Source: Octopus bimaculoides (Eukaryota). From it: a stretch of DNA of 32,751 nt. The position numbers were made by a program, and so were the translations under genes. The notes below the pieces were generated by a model. It made no database searches and was not told where the DNA came from. It was given only the letters and a program-made list of their open reading frames with translations. Location of the stretch: positions 499,411 through 532,161 of the forward strand of contig NC_068982.1 of the NCBI RefSeq assembly GCF_001194135.2. The letters are read 5' to 3'. Below, piece after piece: positions 19,591-31,671 of the stretch; the first letter of the stretch is position 1, and every line of letters starts with the position of its first letter.

Positions 19591-22500
19591 GTATGCTAAA
19601 CAGTTACTTCATTTGGTTCCATTCTTTAACATTAAATCTCGTACCATTTGTGCTTCTTGCATTTGTTGTTTAACCTCAAATTAACCTTCAAATGTATTCA
19701 TGACCATCCATATTTTTTTCAAGAATTGTGTGTTCCCAAATGTCTTTCCTCTTTCAAATCAGTTTGGTACGAGGTTTTAGCTGCTATTTTTGTGTTCGTG
19801 TCATCCACAAAGTGGTTCCCTATTTGGCTTGTCATTATTTGTGTTTATTGTGTGTGTTCTCTTTGTTTCAGTATTATTTTGGAGACATCAACCTTTCCAG
19901 AGATCGGTTTCTTCAAGAACAAATTAAGTTAGATGATGGCTGTATCCTTTTTCTGCTTTTCATTGTTGATGTTTGTTTTTTTTATATATACATTTTTTTT
20001 TTTTCCATTTTACATAAAATACATTTTATCAGAACTTCAATTTATTTAGTGTTTTAGCATGTTTATTGCAAATTAAATAGGGTTGCAGTACATCTGTGTA
20101 TTCATTTTGCATTCACCTTATGAAGCCTGACTTCTTGAATATGCCAACAATACTAAACACAGGCACTGGTTGACTATCACTTCTTTATTCTTAGTCACCT
20201 GGTTAAATATCTAACCAGCTAACTAATCAATCGTTCGTCTTGTGTTTGTCAAAGTCCTCCCATTGCTATTCGTGACCTCATTAATGACATCCTCTCTCTT
20301 CAAGGCCTGACTTGAGTCTGAAAATTAGTCTTATTCTTGTGTGTGTAGATGTGTGGTTGCTTACAAGAGAAGGGAAGGGTGAGAGTAAATGGAGAGTGTG
20401 TGTGTGTGTGTGTGTGCGCATACCTGCCTGTGTGAGTGTGCGTGTGCATTGGTCATCCATGACCTCTTTAATAGCCTTTTTGGCCTCCTTGTTTGAGGTC
20501 AGATCTGCTCAGATTCGCTTGTCATCCTGTCTAGATTTATGGGGGTAGTTCCTTATGTGAGGAAGGGCCGGGTGGGGGTGTTCAGGATGTGTGTTGTTGA
20601 ATCATTTCTGTGAATGTTTGTGTGTTTGTTGTAGCTGTTTTTGTTTTTGAACAGGTAAGCATCTGTGTGTCTGTTCTTGGGTGCATGTATGTGTGTGGTT
20701 GTGTGTTTATGCATGTGTTTCATGTGCATGGTTATGTATTGGAATTGTTCATAATTACATGTATTTATGAACAATTTCAATACACACAAGACCCAGCTAC
20801 ACCACACACACACACACACACTCATTCTTTACTCTCACCTTTCCCTTGTAAGCAACCACACATCTACATACACTGGAATAAAACTAATTCTCAGACAGAC
20901 TCAAACCAGACTTTGAAGAGAAAAGGGCATTTAATTGATAAAGTCAGTGATTGTACGAAAGGTCCTTTGCATGTATTGCTCTTGTCACTCCCTTAACTTA
21001 GATTTAGAATAATTACATAAACACATCTATGAGGCCAATACTCTTTATTCTCTTGGCACTGTTGATCCAGTAGTTTCATTGTATATATCATACTTCATAT
21101 AATGGATTTTCTCTCAATGAGCTTTAGGTTTAACTTACTTTCATCCTTAGCACAACTGTTAATATTATCATCACATTTCCTTTCCCAAGCTGGAAATATT
21201 TGTCAAGGAGGACAGTCTGTGATGAAATGGGCTGAACATGTGGGGCTACTTTTTGGGTTTATATCAGACTGTTTCCTCTTTTTGCTGCTGTTCATTGTAT
21301 TTCAATTGTTCTCCTTCACCAACATTTTAAACAAGGGGTTTCAATGGAAATCATGCTAAAATTTAACCGACTGAAAACTCTCAGTGAAGAGGCTCAAGTG
21401 ATATGTGATGCTATAAAGAAATCAAAATCTGGTCTAATGGAGGTTAGCTTTAAGCTTTTATACATCTTTTATTAAATATTTTTGTAATTATTGTAAATGC
21501 TATTTGTGCCTTACAGTATCTTCTAATGTACATGCCTGTTTTTGACCTTCACAAGTTTGAGGGATAACAAACATTTAAATTACAACATTTCTGTCTTTTG
21601 GAAATTCTAAATCATAAATGTGGCTATAGTCAGAAAATCCTCAAAATATTTTGAGTTATTTTATGCCTGTAACTTGTCATAATTCACATGAATTAAAAAA
21701 ATTTTTTTTTGGATTATTTGAAGTTTAAGTCTTTCTTATTTTCTCACCCTGTATTATAGGTCAATGAAGATAGCACAAAGATCCGTCGTTCAACTGCAAA
21801 GCCATTGCCAGAGAACACACGGGAAAGAAGGGAAGAAATGAGCAATCGAACGCTTTATGTGGTATGCTTTTCTTTTCTCTGTATTGTTAATTTGACTTAC
21901 TTGTTTGCTGTTTTGCATCTCCAGCTTCTACTTGGTTTTGAGTGTGCAGCTACCTTTTTGTTTATTCAAAAAGACAAGATCTTCAATTTGTTAAAGCAAA
22001 GTTCACAGTTGGTGATCATAAGTTTCAAAGCTTTCTATGGTGTTCACCTAGCATCTGTCTTCAGTTTGGTTGCATTGATTATGCAGGATATATCTTTGTC
22101 TGAACAGTTTTGAAGATAGAACTATTTTAAGACCATTGTTTTAACACTAAATCACCATCCTTTAACATCCATTTTCCATGCTGGCATGAGTCGGATGGTT
22201 TGACAGGAGCTGGCTAGCCGGAGGATTGCGCCAAGCTCCAATTGTCTGTTTTGGCATAGTTTCAATGGCTGGATGCCCCTCCTCATTCCAACCACTTTAC
22301 AGATTGTACTGAGTGCTTTTAAGGGACACTAGCACCAGCACAGGTTAAGAATAATGTGATATTGTTTAGTTGTTGGGAAAAGAAAAACCTGAACTGGATA
22401 TATTTGTATGTTTGATTCAGTTTTGTGATTAAAAAACAGAAAACTAAAGGAAAATTTTTCTTTGAACTAATTTCATTTGTGTTTTGTTCTTTGTACAGAA

Positions 22501-25500
22501 AGGCTTCCCAGATGATGTAAGTCTTGATGATCTGATGGCTTTTTTTGCAAAATTTGGTGAACTTGAGAATCTAGTAATGAAGAAAAATGGAAGTAAAAAA
22601 TTTACTGTAAGTGTGTTCAGTTTTTTAATATTTCAATGCATTTTAAGGCAGCAGAATTGTTGGCCGGACAAAATGCTTAGCAGCAATTCGTCTGTCTTTA
22701 CATTCTGAGTTCAAATTCTGCCAAGGGTTGATTTTACCATTCATCCTTTCAGGGTTGATAAAATAAGTACCTGTTGAGCACTGGGGCTGGTGTAGTCAAC
22801 TTGCTGGCCTTGTGCCAAAATTTGAAACCAAGATTTCAGTGCATTTCATTGAAATTTTTCTTTTAATTATTATTTTTTTCTTTTTGCCTTGGTTAACTTA
22901 GGAAACAGTAGCTTTCACCTGGGATGGGTTGAATCAGCTTTGACTGAGCTCACCATGTCCTTCATGCATGTTGATCACATCCGGCAGTCAGATGCAGTTG
23001 ATGTTGTAATGGATACCCTCTCCTTTAGTTAATTTGTATGAAAGTTTGCAGAAAAATCTGGTATAGTTTTTTACAAAGTAAAAGGGTCTGTTTGGGAGAA
23101 ATCTGTTAAGAATAACGTTCTAAAAAATAGCATGAACAGTAGAGTTGATTTGAAAATAATAATAGAATAAATCCTGGTCAATCATCATCATCCTCCTCCT
23201 CCTCATCATTTCACAGCTATTTTCCATGCTAGCATGGGTTGGATGGTTTGACTGGAGCTGTGCCAGGCTCCAGTTGTCTATTTTGGTATGGTTTCTATGG
23301 CTGGACACTCTTCCTAATGCCAACCACTTGACCAAGTGTACTGGCTGCTTTTTGTATGGTACCAGCACAGGTGTGTTTTTGTTACGTCTCAACGCTACTG
23401 CTATCTAGCACCTTCGGATGATCTCTACTCAACCGTGACATGACTGCTACTCAACACTCCTACCCTGGCCAGACTACCTCTATTTATATGTCTTGGGAGA
23501 TCCTACTTCTTCGCCTAAGGGCGTCGACACAACAGTTTTACGTAGCACGCACCATTGGGGTTGCCTAGTAGCTTGCAAGACAAAGACCTCTTAGTTAAGA
23601 GAGGAAGTGGAATGAAGGGGAAGAGGGGCTGTGGTGCCAGGCAAGAGGTTAGAGTATGATAGAGGGACAGAGACAATTGTCTTACTATACAGGAGAAGAC
23701 ACTTGGTTACCCCAGTGGGACAAAGAAGGTGAGAGAGAAATAGGCTGTGTTGGAGATGTATTGGAGCCTATCCACGGGGAACAGTGTATGGGGTGGGAGT
23801 TCAAATAGTACAAAGAAAGGGATGGATGTTAGGGGAGACGTTTAGAGATAGGGAAGACGATTTGATGTAACAGCCTCAATTTTCTGTCAACTCATTTCAA
23901 TATACTTTCTATGCACCTTCAGTTTGTCAGTGGCAAGCAAGCAAGTGTAGCTTCTTTAGAGTGCAAAATAACTGAGATTTTATTATCTTGGTTAATCTCT
24001 ACACACATGTATGCTGACTCTGAACTCTTAATTACTTATAAAAATGTACTGTTATTGATTCGGTAGCTGCATAAATTTGTATGCTAAATCCAGCTTGTGT
24101 TTTGCTTGATTGCAGAATTTAGTAAAATCTAAGAAAAACTAATTTACATAATTTATAGTGACTTTGGGATGGTTTCAAGGTTTTTCAGTGTGAAATGTTT
24201 AGTTAAATAGAATTGGTGTACACGAAATTTAATTTGCTTGTTAAGTTACTTAATAAACAGAATTTGGAGGCAGCTTTGTTGCTAATATTTTTCAATTTTA
24301 TGACATGCAAAAAAAAAAACCCAAAAAACATTTGATTTTCTTTTCGCTATTATTTGAATAACTAGGATGTACATTGTATTTTATAGGGTTCTGCTTTTGT
24401 TGTCTTTTTGGAAAAAGATAAACTGGAAGAATTTTTAAAGGCTGAAGATGTCAAATATGGAGAAAATGAAATAGTTAGATATCGCAAGTGAGTAATTTTG
24501 CAATTTTGGGGGTAGGTTTAGAGTTGAAATTTTTGGCAAGTGTAAAGACATTTGAGTGAGATTGTTGCCAGTGCCGCTGGACTGGCTCCTGTGCAGGTGG
24601 CACGTAAAATACACCATTTTGAGTGTGGCTGTTGCCAGTATCGCCTGACTGGCCTTCATGCCGGTAGCACGTAGAAGCACCCACTACACTGTCGGAGTGG
24701 TTGGCGTTAGGAAGGGCATCCAACTGTAGAAACTCTGCCAAATCAGATTGGAGCCTGGTGTAGCCGTCTGGTTCACCAGTCCTCAGTCAAATCGTCCAAC
24801 CCATGCTAGCATGGAAAGCGGACGTTAAAAGGAGAGAGAGAGTTTTGTGTTGTCCTTTCTCCAGTTCTGGGATGATCCTTGTAAAAACATGGTAAATCAT
24901 TCCTGTTCCACTCAGTACCATTCTATTATTCATAATTAATGCTATTATTTAGCTTTAAATGTTTCCTCCCAAAATTTTCAAAGAAAATATTTTAACTCGG
25001 CTTTATAGAGTCAATATTTTGGTGATATTGTTTGTGTGTGGGAATGGCAAAACATGCGCTGGTTAGTTCTAATTTGAATCATCATCGTTTGACGTCTGTT
25101 TTCCATGCTGGCATGGGTTGGACGGTTTGACCAGGGCTGGCCAGCTGTACAAGGCTCCAGTTGTCTGTTTTGGTAGGGTTTCTATGGCTGGATGCCCTTC
25201 CTAATGCCAACCATTTCACAGAGTGTCTGCTGGGTGTGTGTTTTATGTGACACCAGCACCACTAGTGCTTTTTACATGGCATTGACACCTACAGGGCCAC
25301 TGAGCAACTTGCAAGACAAAACTCCTTGGCTGGGAATAGTATCAAAGGATACTATTTGTGCCTGTTGAGAGATTAAAGATAAAGAGGATGAAGATAGGTA
25401 GCTTGCTGTAGAGTAGATACATGTCTATCCCAGTTGGAAGAGGAAGGGGAATAAGTTAGAAAGTATTTGCCTTAAGCACAAAAAAAGATAAGCTATTTGT

Positions 25501-28500
25501 TGCCAACAGGTAGTATGGTTTCATGCAGTTATCCCCGTTACAAATTAAATCATCTTTTGGCTGACTAAAAATATTTCCTGTGTCTAGCAAGCCATTGAAG
25601 AGTTCATGGTGGCTCTTACCTGCGAGCTGTTTTTAAGCATCTCATCCAGGGTCTTTGTCAGCCTGCCAGAAATCCTCTTCACTTTTTGTGTGTCCATTGC
25701 TTGACCTGACGACACATTAAATGTCTGCTTAACTCCTTTCTACATCATTCAGAAGTTTTCTGCTTTCCTTAAGCATTTCTAAACTTGTAGTTTTTGTGAA
25801 ATAAAGATGAAAATAAAACTGCTTGTAGATTGCACTTTGAAGTGGTATGAATAAACCTTATGCATTTGTTATTGATTTATAATAATCGATGCATATTTTA
25901 TTTTATGAGAAATTTTGGCAATTCACTAGTCGATCCATTGGTAGACTTTCTCTGACAAACAGTTATTATTTATGGAGATTGGACTTCAATTTTGATATTT
26001 TAAAATTTCTTTTGAAGCTCTGGTCAATTGTAGCAGTCTTTTAGAAATATAAATTGTAACTTGCCTTGATGTTTCCTACTTTGGAATAATATTTGAACGC
26101 TTTAATGGAATCAGAAGTAATCTTTGAGGGTTGTGTTTGAAAAGGTTCAAAGATTTCATTTGTTCTCTCTTTTAATATTCAATTTGGAATACGGAGCAGC
26201 AGATGTAGATAATTTTGGTTTTTATTCATATTTATTATCACTTTCTTTCGTAGAAATATTTTCACTAACACAATCTCTCTTTTCAGGGATGAATATTATA
26301 AGAAGAAAAATGAAAAGAGGAGACAACATAAGGAACAGCTCATGAAAGAGAAGCAAGAGTGAGTTTTCATATAAAAAAAAAAAAAAAAACTTTCTTTTTT
26401 CATTCAAGTATGTATATAGGAATTTGAAGAAAAGCTTCTATTATAGTTAAAGCATTAAATTTCCCTGTTTTTATATTCAATTTCCAACTTGGCTTGCATA
26501 AAGCTTTCCCTTTTTACTCACGTACATATTTTCATTTTGTAGGCAACATTTAAAGAAAATGGAAGAGGTAAGTTTTCTTTTTCTTACGTTGTCAGGTAAA
26601 AAAAAAAAAAAAAAGAACTTTGCTTGGAAATATGAGATTGTAACCAGACAAAAGGGTTAACATTGTGAAAGGCTAACAAAAGGGATATAAAGCTATTTTG
26701 AAGGTTTTTTTTTTTTATCCCATTTTTCTGTTACTTCAGTGGCATTGGAATCTTCCAATTGTTAATCTTGCTGTTAACCAAACAAAACATATAGATATAT
26801 CCTGGTATAGCTTGTAAATGTTATTCTTCAGTTTGTATTCTTGTATTGCTTGATAACAAAATTAGAATATTTTGTTTAAAAACCAGTTATTAAAACAATT
26901 GCCCTATCAATATACAAATATTCAAATTTTACAAATGCTTTCCAAACCTTCAAGAATTTCTTTTTTCCCATTTCATCACTTAATATTGTTGAAGGTGTGG
27001 CAGAGAGATTGAACTCCTCTGTTGCCATGTTGATGCTGTTTCCTGTTGCTTCTTTGGCTCAGAAGAATTCTGCCATGCAAGTCATGAGATACTTATTCAG
27101 TCGGTTGGATTTCCTGCTGATGTCTGCTCCTGATTATATATTGTCTTGGTTGTAAAGATAAGTCTGGACGTGGTGACAGCACATGAATACCTGTTGAACT
27201 TAATCAGTTGTGTTTCTCACTTTGAAGGAATAACAAATGGAAATAAATTTTCTTTTGTGTTTTCAGAAAGAAAGAATAACAATTGTTCCTGGATCAGTTC
27301 TCCATTTGTCAGGATTTACACAGGATTTAGACAGAGAAGACATCAGGACTTTCTTCTCTGATTTTGCTGCTGTAGCCTGGGTTGACTATAATAAAGGTGA
27401 CACAGAGGTTGGTTTTGTTTTGTGATTCTTCAATTGAGAAATAGTTTGTTGATGGCTGGAAAAATTCAACCAAAGATTTTGTCTTTTCCTAACATTTATA
27501 CCTTGCATGTTAATATTATGAACGTTCTTGCCATGTTCTGATGTCAAGCAGCTAATGCTAATAAGGGGCCTGTTAGTGTTCTCCAGTATTCTGTTGATGG
27601 GCATTGATGTCATTCATCCATTACTTAATGAAAAAGGTTTTAAAAATTCAATCATATTTCCAGTTATTAAAAAGGATTTAGAGAAAGGAACATTATATTT
27701 GCTCCTTGAAATATCTGAATGCTTGGATTTCAGAATTACCATGCAAAGGGCTTAAAAGATTTTGAACAACTCAGCCAATTAATTATATAATTAGTCTTGG
27801 GAGGTTCATTTGTTTATAAGTAACAAGTCAATGTACAAAACAGGAAAACAGAAATCAATTTGAAAGCTAGGGAATGGGTGATGCTTGTTATATTGACAGA
27901 CATCATTACTTGGCATAGTGCTACAGTAGGATGAGTCTAGAAAATTGTAACACATTCCAATATGAAGAGCTGCATTGTAGCATTTGAAAATTTGATAATT
28001 GAAATCTTAAACTAAAATGAATAAGTGTGAATGAATCTGAGAGCTTATTAACTAAACTAGCTGGCCCCTTGCCATCAAAAATAATGGCTAATTGTAGTAT
28101 TTTATATATAAATAAGGTACAAAATAATCACATATACAAACATTCACATACTTCCACTCACACAGAGTTGAAATGCTGTTTGATTTTTCTTTGCAGCATT
28201 GAATGTTCACCATCCCACTTTCATTGCACACACACACACACACAAACATTCACATGACTCTGTTTTAGATACATATATATACTCACACAGAGTTGAAACG
28301 CTGTTTGATTTTTTTTTCACCATAGAACTTCTGTCATTCCACTAATAAGTTTGCCATCACCCCTTCCTTTTTCGTAGAGCATGACCTCCGAACACGGTCC
28401 TCACAAGGGCAATGACAAGAGACTAAGACCTCTCGAGATATGCTGTGATTGAGAAGACCCAGCAAGTAAAGTGAGATCACAGCTTTAGCTTACACCAGTG

Positions 28501-31500
28501 TCACATTAACCAACCCATTTCAAAAGTACCTTTGAATCATCGGACGACATTCTGTGCTTGAGGAGACCTATTGAATCAAGTAGAATAAAAAAAATCAAAA
28601 TCACAATTTCAATTGCATCAAAATCAAGAATGGAAATTGTAGTTATGGCTGATGCCAGTGCTACCTGACTGGCTCCCTGTACCAGTGGCACATAAAAAAG
28701 CACCACCTGAGTGTGGTCAATGCCAGCCAGTCCCCCCTCCCCTCCACCCTGATTGGCTCGTGCTGGTAGCACGTAAAAAGCACCATCCAGACATGGCTGA
28801 TGCCAGTGCCACCTGACTGGCTCTCCGTGCCAGTGGCATGTAAAAAGTACCCCCTACATTCTCGGAGTGGTTGGCATTAGGAAGGGCATCCAGCTGCAGA
28901 AACATTGCCAAATCAGATTGGAGATTGGTGCAGCCTCCTGGCTTGCCACTCCCCAGTCAAACCGTCCAACTCATGTCGCCATGGGAAACGGACGTTAAAT
29001 GATGATGATGTTGTGATGGAGAAATACACAAGAGTATTGTTATAGTAGAAGATATGGATGGTAAACCAAATTAATACCCTTGTCTATGTTCACATACATT
29101 CACATGCTTCTCTTGTCCATGCACACACACAGTTGAAATGCTGTTTGGTTTTTCTTTTCAGTGTTGGACGTTCACCATCCCACGTCCACCGCACACAACC
29201 ATTCACATACCTCCCTTTTACTCACACAGTTGAAATGCTGATTTTTTATTTCTTTTTTACCATTTCCTTTGTTATTCATCTATCACCCCTTCCTTTCTCA
29301 TCCATGTGTTGTGACAGAGAAAAACAGAAGATACACGGCGCGCTATTTGCTACTTCTCTCTCGTTGCTGTTACTTTCTCTCACTCCCTCTCTGTCGAAGC
29401 TGCTACTCTCACTACTTCTCCTTCGCTGAATTACTATTTTCTCTCCTACTCTTTCTCCTATTGCCCCCGGCGTGATTTTCGACAGATATATAAAAATACT
29501 ACGCTCATTATTATATTAGGGGATGGCATGCAATAATATTTTTTATTTGTGACGTCACGTCACACTAAGAAAGATTACTCTGGTCTCAAGAGTTATCTCC
29601 CCATTTGCATTTCGTCAGAAAGAAAAAACAATAATTACCTAAAAATACGAATGCAGTAGACTTCTGAAGTACAAAGAATGTAATAAGATAACTTTATTTA
29701 AAATCCTTATGGTTTTCATTGATTTGTTGTAAAGTTATGAGGCTGAAACATAGAGCAGTGATTGTATTCACAATCTATGAGGTTGAATTTGTAGTTTTCT
29801 AAGCATTTTTTAATAAGAATCACATGAAGCAGTAGCAACGTGTGAGTAAATAATTTTAGGTAAATCGTTGGTGACAACATGTTAAAAAATTTCTTTTCAG
29901 AGTTTTATTTGGCAGGGGAATCAGTTTTTTTACCTTTTTCTTTTTTAAGTTACTTAAAAAATATTTGTATATGAAAATGTATACAATTTGCAAGAATATT
30001 AACATAGTAAATGAAAAACAAAAATTTCCTAATTTTTCTCCACTAAGGCCTGGGTCCGTTTCCTTGAAGAAAATCAAGCTAAAGTGGTTCTCGGGAAAGC
30101 CAAAGATTGTGACAGTGAAGACATAAAGCTAAAAGACAATGTCTTGAAGGGTGATGTTCTTGAAGGTATGTCATTTCTCTACTTTTTCAGTGAGTGTGTG
30201 GGATGAATTGGTTTTGTTTATTGTGCTAGTAATCCGTGTGCGATTGTAGAAGTCCTTTCCATCCACAATCTGCTGCTGCTCAGTTGCTTTTATTATTGGA
30301 TGGTTATCAGGAAGAACATTGTTTTAGCAAAATGCTATTCGGTTAAATAATTGTGTTTTGTAACAGTGAAACTCAAAGCAAATAAAGTCATAAATGATAG
30401 AATGTAACCATCCAAACGGTTTTTAATCCAGTGCTATTATTTGTAGCTTTATAAAGGCAGCGAGCTGGCAGAATCATGAGCACACTTGACAAACTACCTA
30501 GAGGTATTTCATCCGTCTTTATGGTCTGAGTTCAAATTCCACCAAGGCCAGGTTTGCCTTCCATCCATTTAGGGTCACTGAAATAAGGACAAGTTGAACC
30601 CTGGGCTTGATGTAATCAACTTAATCCCACCCCCAAATTACAAACCTTGTGCTTAGAGTAGAAGAAAATTATAGCTTTATCTCCTTTGAGTTTCACTGTT
30701 CCAAACAAGAATTATTTCATGTTCTCTCTTGAAGTTTCTAAATTCTTACAAAGTCAACTATCCATTAACTAATATTCTTTCTAGCACGAACTGGTTTGTT
30801 CAGTAGCAAACCAGTAAAAAACCGTCAATGTTGGTTCCAGTATAAAACTGGTACCAATTTTTCAGATATTTTCGTTATAGGCAGAGAAACAGAATTTGTT
30901 GTTTTAGCTACTCAACTTTTATTTTTTGGTTCTCCAAACGCATTTCCAGTCAGCTTTCTGCTCACTTATCATCATCATTTAATGTCCGTTTTCCATGGTT
31001 TCGATGCTTTGACAGGAGTTGGTAAGGCTGCACCAAGCTCCATAGTCTCGTTTTGGCATGTTTTCTGTGGTGGGATGCACTTTTTAATGCCAACTGCTTC
31101 AGAGTGCTTTGGTTACCTTTTGCATGGCACTGGCACTGAAAGGGCCAATGAGTAACTTGCAAGGCAAGACCCCCCTCTGCTGTGGAGAGAGAGAGTAATG
31201 GTGAGGGGCCGGTGGTGGCTTTGTGTCAGTTGATGAGTGATTAGCAGTAAAGAGGGACAGGGGTGGTACTCTGCTATCGAGTAGAAGCATGAATCCTGCC
31301 AGTCATTCTAGAATTTCCTCTTTGTGACCCTTTTTCTTCCAATCACCATCATTCCTAAATGTTACACCTGTTTTCTCCTGTTATATATGCTCCCTAATTT
31401 AGAAATCCTGTCTGCTATCCTTGTTACTCAAACTAATGTAAACATTGTAGTTAATAATTAATATAAAGTGCTGTATTTAATTAATAATGATAATGTTTTC

Positions 31501-31631
31501 AGGAGATGCTGAGCATGAACACTGGAAGAAAATTTCTGAAGCTAAATCTGCTGGGATGAAGAACAAGAAGCTTGGCAAAATGGGTGGCAGAAAGAAATTT
31601 GGCAAAAGGCATGCAAAACGTGGCAACAGTG
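19528..31631 (+). CDS. SSB: La autoantigen homolog (La motif + RRM1 + RRM2 + basic region), spliced, 3' end beyond window
   Basis: Exons 19528-19590, 19872-19941, 21336-21442, 21760-21861, 22499-22606, 24387-24487, 26287-26358, 26543-26567, 27267-27407, 30048-30165 and 31503-31631 join through GT-AG introns (phases 0,1,0,0,0,2,2,0,0,1, then 1) into one open frame of 1036 nt. It reads [57 protein letters not shown]..., the La-motif signature. Confidence 0.96.
19872..19941 (+). CDS. SSB: La coding exon 2 ([24 protein letters not shown])
   Basis: tttcag acceptor; La-motif core; donor gtatcctttt. Confidence 0.96.
19942..21335 (+). other. U12-type (minor spliceosome) GT-AG intron
   Basis: Donor GTATCCTTT; branch-like TCCTTCAC 21312-21319 with the A 17 nt from the exon start; AAG acceptor without a polypyrimidine tract. 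Confidence 0.85.
21336..21442 (+). CDS. SSB: La coding exon 3 ([16 protein letters not shown]...SGLME)
   Basis: Completes the split Trp codon (T/GG); KFNRL motif; donor gttagc. Confidence 0.95.
21760..21861 (+). CDS. SSB: La coding exon 4 (VNEDSTKIRRSTAKPLPE...RTLYV)
   Basis: tatag acceptor; KIRR..KPLPE end of La motif and start of RRM1; donor gtatgc. Confidence 0.95.
22152..22340 (-). mobile_element. RTE-tailed element
   Basis: ctttaacatccattttccatgctggcatg... Confidence 0.8.
22499..22606 (+). CDS. SSB: La coding exon 5 (KGFPDDVSLDDL...KKFT)
   Basis: tacag acceptor; RRM1 YVKGFP; donor gtaagt. Confidence 0.95.
22645..22829 (+). mobile_element. tRNA-derived SINE (family A)
   Basis: ctgagttcaaattctgccaagg...catcctttcagggttgataaaataagtacc...ccaaaatttgaaacc. 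Confidence 0.82.
23180..23870 (-). mobile_element. RTE-tailed element with purine-rich extension
   Basis: (CAT)n, ttttccatgctagcatgggttggatgg, then cttgcaagacaaag and G/A-rich sequence. Confidence 0.7.
24387..24487 (+). CDS. SSB: La coding exon 6 (GSAFVVFLEK...VRYR-K)
   Basis: tatag acceptor; RNP1-like GSAFVVF; donor gtgagt. Confidence 0.95.
24550..24828 (+). mobile_element. RTE-tailed element
   Basis: Near-identical to 19060-19320; ends ggaaagcggacgttaaa. Confidence 0.88.
25079..25450 (-). mobile_element. RTE-tailed element
   Basis: catcatcgtttgacgtctgttttccatgctggcatgggttggacgg... Confidence 0.82.
26287..26358 (+). CDS. SSB: La coding exon 7 (DEYYKKKNEKRRQHKEQLMKEKQ)
   Basis: tttcag acceptor; charged helix after RRM1; phase 2-2; donor gtgagt. 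Confidence 0.92.
26543..26567 (+). CDS. SSB: La coding exon 8, 25-nt microexon (E-QHLKKMEE)
   Basis: tttgtag acceptor and GAG/gtaagt donor; bridges a phase-2 and a phase-0 intron. Confidence 0.85.
27267..27407 (+). CDS. SSB: La coding exon 9 (RRM2: PGSVLHLSG...REDIRTFFSDF..VAWVDYNKGDTE)
   Basis: tttcag acceptor; matches the La RRM2 pattern; donor gttggt. Confidence 0.94.
28120..29300 (+). repeat. Two diverged copies (28120-28360, 29085-29300) of a bipartite unit, separated by an RTE insertion
   Basis: Four occurrences of caca(ca)(ga)gttgaaa(t/c)gctg; both copies contain gttcaccatcccac and atcaccccttcctt. Confidence 0.75.
28370..29012 (+). mobile_element. RTE 3' end with long UTR
   Basis: ORF-end remnant (gagaagacccagcaagtaa), gccagt/actggc hairpin units, ggacgttaaatgatgatgatg tail. 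Confidence 0.82.
30048..30165 (+). CDS. SSB: La coding exon 10 (AWVRFLEENQAK...VLE-G)
   Basis: ctccactaag acceptor with upstream cctaat branch-like site; donor gtatgt. Confidence 0.92.
30454..30670 (+). mobile_element. tRNA-derived SINE (family A)
   Basis: aaggcagcgagctggcagaa...ctgagttcaaattcc...ccttccatccatttagggtc. Confidence 0.8.
30966..31290 (-). mobile_element. RTE-tailed element
   Basis: catcatcatttaatgtccgttttccatgg...cttgcaaggcaagac. Confidence 0.78.
31503..31631 (+). CDS. SSB: La coding exon 11 (G-DAEHEHWKKI...KMGGRKKFGKRHAKRGNS)
   Basis: ttttcag acceptor; xRRM-type C-terminal helix followed by a Gly/Lys/Arg-rich basic region; donor gtgagt. Confidence 0.92.
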
Positions 31632-31671
31632 GTGAGTGTTATCGTGAACATTTTGCTGTTCTTTGTTGCAT

